A DNA stretch of 64,000 bases, from positions 5,856,001 to 5,920,000 of the forward strand of contig OZ244065.1 in the NCBI GenBank assembly GCA_965215505.1, in the 5' to 3' direction. A program made the position numbers and the translations under genes. The notes beneath the pieces were generated by a model. It was not told where the DNA came from and searched no databases. It saw only the letters and a program-made list of their open reading frames with translations. Origin of the DNA: Capsulimonadaceae bacterium (GTDB lineage: Bacteria > Armatimonadota > Armatimonadia > Armatimonadales > Capsulimonadaceae). Numbering within the stretch: the stretch's first letter is position 1; every line of letters starts with the position of its first letter. Shown in pieces: positions 57,947-64,000 of the stretch.

Positions 57947-58873
57947 ATGCTAAGATCACCGTTCGCCTCCCCCGCCCTGAAGGCGGTCCCCGGCCAGGTC
58001 GGCGGCGCGATGCGCCTGTGGACGCTTTTGAAGTCGCTCAATGTCCAGGACATCGCCGAGGCCGCCGACCGCCCGTTCCACCTCGCGCTGGTCGGGGCGG
58101 AGGACCACGCGCACCTGCTGATGGCGCGTCTGGCCCTGGAATCTGCCGCCCCGCGCGACCTGGGGCCGTCGGGTCCTGCGGACATCCGGGCTTACGCCGC
58201 CCGGTACGGCAACCGGGCCGAAACCCCGCCAAGCAGTGTGCTGCTGGACGCCGAGGCCTTGACGGCGGACGAGGCCCGCCTAGCTGCCGCGCTGGCTGCC
58301 GTCGTGGCCGAACAGCCAGACCTGCGGCTGGCACTGGCCCGGCACGTCCCGGCCTTCCGGCCCGCGGTCGTCACCTGCCTGATCGCCGAAGCGTCGCGGG
58401 ACAATGCCAAGATCGCCCTCATTTCCGCCGTGCCGGGCGTCATCCCGGCCGCCGCCTTCCTGCTGCCCGCGACCGCCCTGGGCGACATGGTGCTGCTGAC
58501 CAAGAACCAGATCCTGCTTCTGCTGCGGATCGCCGCCGCCTACGGCAAGGAGATGGACCTGCGGGAACGGACGCGCGAGCTGCTGCCAGTCGTCGGCAGC
58601 GCGTTCGGCTGGCGCGCGGCGGCCCGCGAGCTGCTCGGCCTGGTGCCGGGCGGGGTCGGGCTGCTGGTCAAGGGCTGCATCGCCTATGCCGGGACCTACA
58701 CCGTGGGCAAGGCCGCCGCCGTGTATTACAGCACGGGGCACACGCTGTCGCCGTCCCGGCTGCGTCAGCTCTACGGCGACGGACTCAAGGACGCCGCCGC
58801 CCGCATCCGCCCGCTCCTGCGTAAGCGGCGGACGCGCCCGACTGTTGACAAATCCGAGGCCGCGCGGGTATAA
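57947..58873 (+). CDS. DUF697/YcjF-like membrane-associated protein
   Basis: DMVLLTKNQILLLLRIAAAYG, GFGW-like AFGWRAAAREL, IAYAGTYTVG; AGGAGG RBS. Confidence 0.7.
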   Translation: MLRSPFASPALKAVPGQVGGAMRLWTLLKSLNVQDIAEAADRPFHLALVGAEDHAHLLMARLALESAAPRDLGPSGPADIRAYAARYGNRAETPPSSVLLDAEALTADEARLAAALAAVVAEQPDLRLALARHVPAFRPAVVTCLIAEASRDNAKIALISAVPGVIPAAAFLLPATALGDMVLLTKNQILLLLRIAAAYGKEMDLRERTRELLPVVGSAFGWRAAARELLGLVPGGVGLLVKGCIAYAGTYTVGKAAAVYYSTGHTLSPSRLRQLYGDGLKDAAARIRPLLRKRRTRPTVDKSEAARV

Positions 58874-58874
58874 T
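58845..58874 (+). promoter_or_regulatory. sigma70 promoter TTGACA-N18-TATAAT
   Basis: Consensus hexamers upstream of the greA leader. Confidence 0.8.
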
Positions 58875-59019
58875 AACGCGCAAACTTTGGCAACAATCGC
58901 TCCTGGACACGACGTATAGGAAGCACCGGCCGCGGTCGCGGCGGGTGCTTCCGCGCTCTAGCCCCGAGGCTGGGCGCAAAAAACAACAAAAATAACTCCC
59001 GTGCAAGGAGAATGACGAC

Positions 59020-59493
59020 TTGGGTGACATTGAAGAGATCGTGCTGACTCCCGCCGGCTACAAAGAGCTGGCGGACGAACTGGAATCCCTGCGGACCACG
59101 GAGCGGCGCGAAGTCGCCGAGCGCATCCGCGATGCCATCACCTACGGCGAGCTGACGGAGAACTCCGAATACGAGGACGCCAAAAACGCGCAGGCGTTCC
59201 TGGAAGGCCGCATTGAGGACCTGAAGCACATCATGCAGATCGCCCGCCCGCTCGACCCGGAAGAGATCCCGACCGACCACGTCGGCCTTGGCTCGGTCGT
59301 CACGGTCAACGACGAGGATGAGGACTGGGAGTTTACCCTGGTTTCGCCCGTCGAGGCAAACCCCAACCTCGAAAAGATTAGCGACGAGTCCCCCGTCGGC
59401 GAGGCCCTGTTCGGCAAGAAGGTCGGCGACTCTGTTTCCGTCTCCACGCCCGCCGGTCGGACCAAGTACCGGATCGTCGCCATCCGCAAGTAG
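59020..59493 (+). CDS. greA: Transcription elongation factor GreA
   Basis: LTPAGY, GELTENSEYEDAK, ISDESPVGEAL; TTG start with AAGGAG RBS. Confidence 0.96.
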   Translation: MGDIEEIVLTPAGYKELADELESLRTTERREVAERIRDAITYGELTENSEYEDAKNAQAFLEGRIEDLKHIMQIARPLDPEEIPTDHVGLGSVVTVNDEDEDWEFTLVSPVEANPNLEKISDESPVGEALFGKKVGDSVSVSTPAGRTKYRIVAIRK

Positions 59494-59506
59494 ACTCCCA
59501 AGAACT

Positions 59507-59533
59507 AAAGGGCGGGGCTTGCCCCGCCCTTTT
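59507..59533 (+). terminator. Intrinsic terminator-like hairpin between greA and lysS
   Basis: aaagggcggggc-tt-gccccgccctttt. Confidence 0.7.
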
Positions 59534-59573
59534 CGCTTGCTGCCACTCACCCGACACTGAAGGAGCGCCCCGC

Positions 59574-61106
59574 TTGCCCGAAGACGTAACGACCCAGAAC
59601 ACGACGCCCGCCGAGGGCATCGACCCCATCCGCCGGCAGAAGCTCGACGCCCTGCGGGCGGCGGGGCGTGACCCATTCGCCGCCGAGCGGTTCGACGTCA
59701 CCCACCACGCCGCCGAGATCGTCGGCGATTTCGAGCGACTGGAAGGGCACACCGTCTTCCTCGCAGGGCGCATCACCTCCCTGCGGCTGATGGGCAAGGC
59801 CGCCTTCCTGGACCTGACCGACGCAACCGGGCGCATCCAGCTTTATCTGCGCCGGGACGAGATCGGCGACGAACTTTACGGCGACATCCAGCACCACCTG
59901 GACCTCGGAGACATCGCGGGCGTCTTGGGCTTCGTCTTCAAGACCAAGACCGGCGAAACCTCCGTGCATGTCCGCGAGTGGACTCTGCTCGCCAAATCCC
60001 TGCGCCCCCTGCCTCTGGGCAAGGAGTACGAGACCGAGGCGGGCGAGGAGAAGCACGCGGGCGGCCTGAAGGACCCCGAGGCGCGCTACCGGCAGCGGTC
60101 CGTAGACCTGCTGGTCAACCGCGAGTCGCGCGAGCGGCTGCTCGGGCGGATGACGGTCACGCGGGCCATGCGTGAGTACCTGGACAAGCACGACTATCTG
60201 GAGGTCGAGACGCCCGTGCTGCAAATGGTCGCGGGCGGCGCGGCCGCGCGGCCCTTCCTGACCCACCACAACGCGCTCGATCTGGAGCTGCACCTACGGA
60301 TCTCGCTGGAGCTCTACTTGAAGCGGCTGATCATCGGCGGCTTGGACCGCGTCTATGAGATCGGGCGCGTCTTCCGCAACGAGGGCATCTCGACGCGGCA
60401 CAACCCGGAGTTCACCTTGATGGAGGTGTACGCCGCCTACGCGAACCTCGACGACATGATGACACTGGTGGAGGGCATGTACCGGCACATATGCCGCGCC
60501 CTGCATGGCCGGGAGCAGTTTACCTATCAGGGGCAGGAGATAGACCTCGCGCCGAACTTCGCCCGCCTGCCCATCCTGGAGGGCATCCGGCTGAACGCCG
60601 GGGTCGAACCCGAGGAGCTGGCGACGCTGGAGTCGGCCCACACCGTACTGACCCGGCTCGGCCTGCCGACCGAGAAGGAGCCGACCGTCGGCGGCATCAT
60701 CGAGAAGCTGCACGAGAAGTACACGCAGCCGACCCTGACGCAGCCAACCTTCATCACCGAGTTCCCGACCGAAACCTCGCCGCTCGCCAAGAAGATGCCC
60801 GGCGACCCGCGCCTGACGCGCCGGTTCGAGGTCTACATGGCCGGGGCCGAACTCGGCAACGCCTTCAGCGAGATCAACGACCCCCTGGACCAGCGCGAGC
60901 GGTTCGCCGCCCAGTCGGACCTGCGGGCGGGCGGCGACGCCGAGGCGCACCCGATGGACGAGGACTTCCTGCGCGCGATGGAGTACGGGATGCCGCCGAC
61001 GGGCGGCTTCGGCGGCGGCGTGGACCGGCTGGCGATCATCCTGACCGACGCGCCCTCCATCCGTGACGTCATCCTGTTCCCGCTCCTGCGCCCGGAGCGG
61101 GGGTAG
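59574..61106 (+). CDS. lysS: Lysine--tRNA ligase (class II)
   Basis: RYRQRSVDL, GGAAARPF, RVFRNEG, HNPEFT, ELGNAFSE, YGMPPTGG.G.G.DRL. Confidence 0.98.
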   Translation: MPEDVTTQNTTPAEGIDPIRRQKLDALRAAGRDPFAAERFDVTHHAAEIVGDFERLEGHTVFLAGRITSLRLMGKAAFLDLTDATGRIQLYLRRDEIGDELYGDIQHHLDLGDIAGVLGFVFKTKTGETSVHVREWTLLAKSLRPLPLGKEYETEAGEEKHAGGLKDPEARYRQRSVDLLVNRESRERLLGRMTVTRAMREYLDKHDYLEVETPVLQMVAGGAAARPFLTHHNALDLELHLRISLELYLKRLIIGGLDRVYEIGRVFRNEGISTRHNPEFTLMEVYAAYANLDDMMTLVEGMYRHICRALHGREQFTYQGQEIDLAPNFARLPILEGIRLNAGVEPEELATLESAHTVLTRLGLPTEKEPTVGGIIEKLHEKYTQPTLTQPTFITEFPTETSPLAKKMPGDPRLTRRFEVYMAGAELGNAFSEINDPLDQRERFAAQSDLRAGGDAEAHPMDEDFLRAMEYGMPPTGGFGGGVDRLAIILTDAPSIRDVILFPLLRPERG

Positions 61107-61117
61107 CCGCGGACGCC

Positions 61118-62923
61118 ATGACTCCGGCCATTCCCTCGGCTTCGGCCATCCCCCTGCGGACGGCGGGGCGCGACGCGCGGCTGCTCCCCGGCCTCCTGTT
61201 CGCCCTGGCCGCCTGCGCCGCCGGCCTGCTCCTGTTCGTCCTCGCCGAGAACCGGCTGGCCGAGCGGGACCTGGACGCCGCCCGGCAGTGCGCCTTCCTC
61301 TCCTCCGACGCCTTCTGGGTCTGGGGGGTGACGCAGCCCCGCCTGACGCCCGCCGCCCCTCCGCCCGGAGCGTTGTTGCCGGCGCGTCCCCCCGACCCGC
61401 TGCTGCCCCCCGACCTGACTCCGCCCGCCCCGTCGCCCGGCCTCGCGCCCCTGGTCCCGCCCGCTTCCGCGCCGGAGCCTCCGGCACTGCCCGGCGACGC
61501 GCCTCCATCGGGCGACTGGTCCAGGCTGTTCGCGGCGATGCGGGTCGGGCAGGGCCACCTGCGCGCTGCGTACCCGCACGACACGGGCGCGCTCGATGTG
61601 GCTTGGGCGGGCTTCGCGGACTCCCTGCATCAGTACGGGCGGGCGACCTGGCCGCAGACCTCCGCCCTCGGCGCCGCCTGTCGCTCCCTCGCCGACCGCC
61701 TCCGGGACCGCGCGGAGTGGCGCCGCACCCTTGCCTGGATGGTTTCCGGGCTGGGAGGGGGCATTCTGCTGGCCCTGGTCGCGGCGGCGATGATCCTGTC
61801 ACAGCGGCTGGACCTGGAGGCCGACCGGGTTCAGGCCGAACTGGAGCGGCGTGATGCCCTCCTGAATGCGACGGGGGAGGGGATCTACCAGGTGGACGCG
61901 CGCGGCTCCTGCACCTACATCAACCCGGCCGGCGCGGCCCTGCTCGGGTATCAGCCGAAGGAACTCTGGGGCAAAGAGATGGCCACGCTTCTGGGCTGGA
62001 ACCCCGATGAGGATGCGGGGTCGCCCGCCGAGACGCCCGAAGAAAGCCCGCTGCGAACGGTCCTGCGGACCGGCGAGGTCGTGCGGCGGGATGACGACCT
62101 GTTGTGGCGGCGGGACGGCTCCTGCTTCCACGCCACCACACTCGCCTCGCCGATCCTGGCGGGGGGTGTCCTGCGCGGGGCGGTGGTCACGTTCTCGGAC
62201 ATCACGGGCCGCAAGCAGGCCGAGACGCTGCGCGACGACCTGACCGGCATGGTCGTCCACGACCTGCGGACGCCGCTCACGTCGCTGCTGTCCGGCCTCC
62301 AGGCGCTCCGCTTCGTCGGTGGGCATCAGCCCGCCGAGCAGGAGATCCTGGACAACGCCATCGCCGGCGGCGAGACGCTGCTGGTCATGGTGAACGACCT
62401 TCTGGACATCAGCAAATGGGAAAGCGGGTCGCTCGTCCTGGACAGGCAGCCGCTCCAGCCCGCCGACGTGATCGAGTATGCCCTGGCCCAGACCACCCCG
62501 CTGGCCCGGCGGAACGGCCTGCGGGTCGCCCGCAACATCCCCCCCGACCTGCCTCCCGTGGAGGCCGACCGGGATATGCTGCGGCGGTCCCTGGTCAACC
62601 TGCTCGGCAACGCCGTCAAGTTCACCCCGCGCGGGGGCATCGTGACCGTCTCGGCCTCCTATGAAGCCGCCGAGGGGGGCGTCGTCTTCGCGGTCGGCGA
62701 CACGGGCGAGGGCATCCCCGCCCACCAGGTCCGGCGCATCTTCGACAAGTTCGGCCAGGTCGAGAGCCGCAAGGCGGGTCGACGCATGTCCACGGGCCTG
62801 GGCCTGACCTTCTGCAAGCTGGTCGCCGAGGCGCACGGTGGGCGGATCTGGGTGGAGAGTCGGCTGGGCAAGGGCAGCCGCTTCCTGTTTACCATCCCGG
62901 TGACGCCGGAGGCGCATCCATGA
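61118..62923 (+). CDS. Membrane PAS-domain sensor histidine kinase
   Basis: Two TMs, PAS, H-box HDLRTPL, NLLGNAVKF, DTGEGI, GLGL. Confidence 0.93.
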   Translation: MTPAIPSASAIPLRTAGRDARLLPGLLFALAACAAGLLLFVLAENRLAERDLDAARQCAFLSSDAFWVWGVTQPRLTPAAPPPGALLPARPPDPLLPPDLTPPAPSPGLAPLVPPASAPEPPALPGDAPPSGDWSRLFAAMRVGQGHLRAAYPHDTGALDVAWAGFADSLHQYGRATWPQTSALGAACRSLADRLRDRAEWRRTLAWMVSGLGGGILLALVAAAMILSQRLDLEADRVQAELERRDALLNATGEGIYQVDARGSCTYINPAGAALLGYQPKELWGKEMATLLGWNPDEDAGSPAETPEESPLRTVLRTGEVVRRDDDLLWRRDGSCFHATTLASPILAGGVLRGAVVTFSDITGRKQAETLRDDLTGMVVHDLRTPLTSLLSGLQALRFVGGHQPAEQEILDNAIAGGETLLVMVNDLLDISKWESGSLVLDRQPLQPADVIEYALAQTTPLARRNGLRVARNIPPDLPPVEADRDMLRRSLVNLLGNAVKFTPRGGIVTVSASYEAAEGGVVFAVGDTGEGIPAHQVRRIFDKFGQVESRKAGRRMSTGLGLTFCKLVAEAHGGRIWVESRLGKGSRFLFTIPVTPEAHP

Positions 62924-63756
62924 ACAGTCCGATGAAAAGCCGCCTCTACTGGGCCTGGCGCAAGTGGCGCGCGCTGGTCGGCATGTTCGTCCAGGACGGG
63001 CTGGCCTACAAGGCGAACCTGATCATCTGGATCATGACCGACGTCGTCACCGCCGTCACCATGCCCCTGATCTGGCTCGCCTCCTACAACGGCCGGGCGC
63101 AGATCCACGGCTTCGCGCCCTCCGAGATGGTCGTTTATTACCTCGTCATGCTCTCGCTCACCGGGTTCATCGAGTCCCACTGCATGTGGGACATGGCCGC
63201 CGACGTCAAGGCGGGCAAGTTCAACATCTATCTCATCCGCCCGGTCTCGTACCTGATGTACATGTACGCCTCGAACCTCGGGTGGCGCGTCATGCGGACC
63301 CTGCTGGCCGTGCCGCTGTTCGCGCTGGTCGCCCTCGCCTTCCGCCGCTACCTGCCCGACCTGGGGGCTGGACACTACCACGCCGGGCCGGTCTTCTGGC
63401 TCGCCGTGATCCTGGGGCATTGGGTGTCGTTCGCTATCACTTACGCCTTCGGGCTGCTGGCCCTGTGGCTGTACGAGACGCGCTCCGTTTTCAACTTTTA
63501 TTATCTGCCGCTGATCATCTTCTCCGGTCAGCTTGCCCCCCTCGCCCTGCTGCCGCCGGGCTTACAAGCCTTCGTCCGGTGGACCCCATTCCCCTACACG
63601 CTCGCGTTTCCCGCCGGCATATTCCTGGGTAAAGTAGACGGCACACAGCTATGGATCGGGCTGGCCGGCCAGGTCGTTTGGATCGCCCTGGGTCTGCTGC
63701 TGGCGTCCCGGCTCTGGCGCGGCGGCCTGCGGCGCTTTGTCGCCTTCGGCATCTAA
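62920..63756 (+). CDS. ABC-2 family transporter permease (DUF990-like)
   Basis: LAYKAN, GKFNIYLIRP, SGQLAPLALLP, WTPFPY. Confidence 0.85.
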   Translation: MNSPMKSRLYWAWRKWRALVGMFVQDGLAYKANLIIWIMTDVVTAVTMPLIWLASYNGRAQIHGFAPSEMVVYYLVMLSLTGFIESHCMWDMAADVKAGKFNIYLIRPVSYLMYMYASNLGWRVMRTLLAVPLFALVALAFRRYLPDLGAGHYHAGPVFWLAVILGHWVSFAITYAFGLLALWLYETRSVFNFYYLPLIIFSGQLAPLALLPPGLQAFVRWTPFPYTLAFPAGIFLGKVDGTQLWIGLAGQVVWIALGLLLASRLWRGGLRRFVAFGI

Positions 63757-63771
63757 ACCCGGCACCTCAAC

Positions 63772-64000
63772 GTGAATAAAAACAACCACCTGCCGCTTCA
63801 CAACGCCGCCGCGATCCTCCTGACGGCCCTCCTGCTGGCGCTCTGCACCTGGGGCGAGCTGTTCATCAAGGACCTCGCCGGGGTCAACCGCCCCTACACG
63901 ATCTTTTACCTCATTCCGGTCGCCGTCGGGGCAGCGCTTCTTGGCATACGCGGCGGCATTCTATCCGCCCTTGCCGCCGTCCTTCTCGCGCGGCTGTACC
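63772..64000 (+). CDS. N-terminal membrane sensor domain (DUF4118-like), truncated by the window end
   Basis: Manual translation: ...PYTIFYLIPVAVGAALLGIRGGILSAL. Confidence 0.6.
   Translation, partial: MNKNNHLPLHNAAAILLTALLLALCTWGELFIKDLAGVNRPYTIFYLIPVAVGAALLGIRGGILSALAAVLLARLY

Overview
High-GC bacterial chromosome segment, probably Armatimonadota (inferred from the VPEAST...GLGG form of the PEP-CTERM tail and a DUF6785-type membrane protein). Core genes are prkA, yeaH, ruvB, pth, glmU, prs, greA and lysS. There is also a TetR-TolC-HlyD efflux operon and a set of sugar-catabolism genes (GH3, Sip1-type GH36, dehydrogenases). Short accessory genes repeatedly interrupt these: Uma2 nucleases, a PIN toxin-antitoxin pair, an orphan antitoxin, an HsdR-N-type nuclease and an AT-rich DUF262+HEPN candidate defence pair. 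I saw no tRNA, rRNA, CRISPR array or transposase. The strongest unexplained signals are: (1) a ~200-nt minus-strand transcription unit at 29.1-29.35 kb with its own promoter and terminator but no protein gene (candidate novel sRNA); (2) a 7-kb minus-strand cluster of two TonB-like/Pro-rich VWA paralogues, a transglutaminase pseudogene and two paralogous membrane proteins, one behind a near-consensus sigma54 promoter; (3) a dispersed GTAG-type REP/REPIN family, often at the edges of inserted gene blocks; (4) four exactly 11-bp-phased Pho-box-like repeats upstream of a PEP-CTERM gene; and (5) recurrent 14-20 bp tandem micro-duplications at gene boundaries. All family assignments come from motif recognition by eye, not from database searches.
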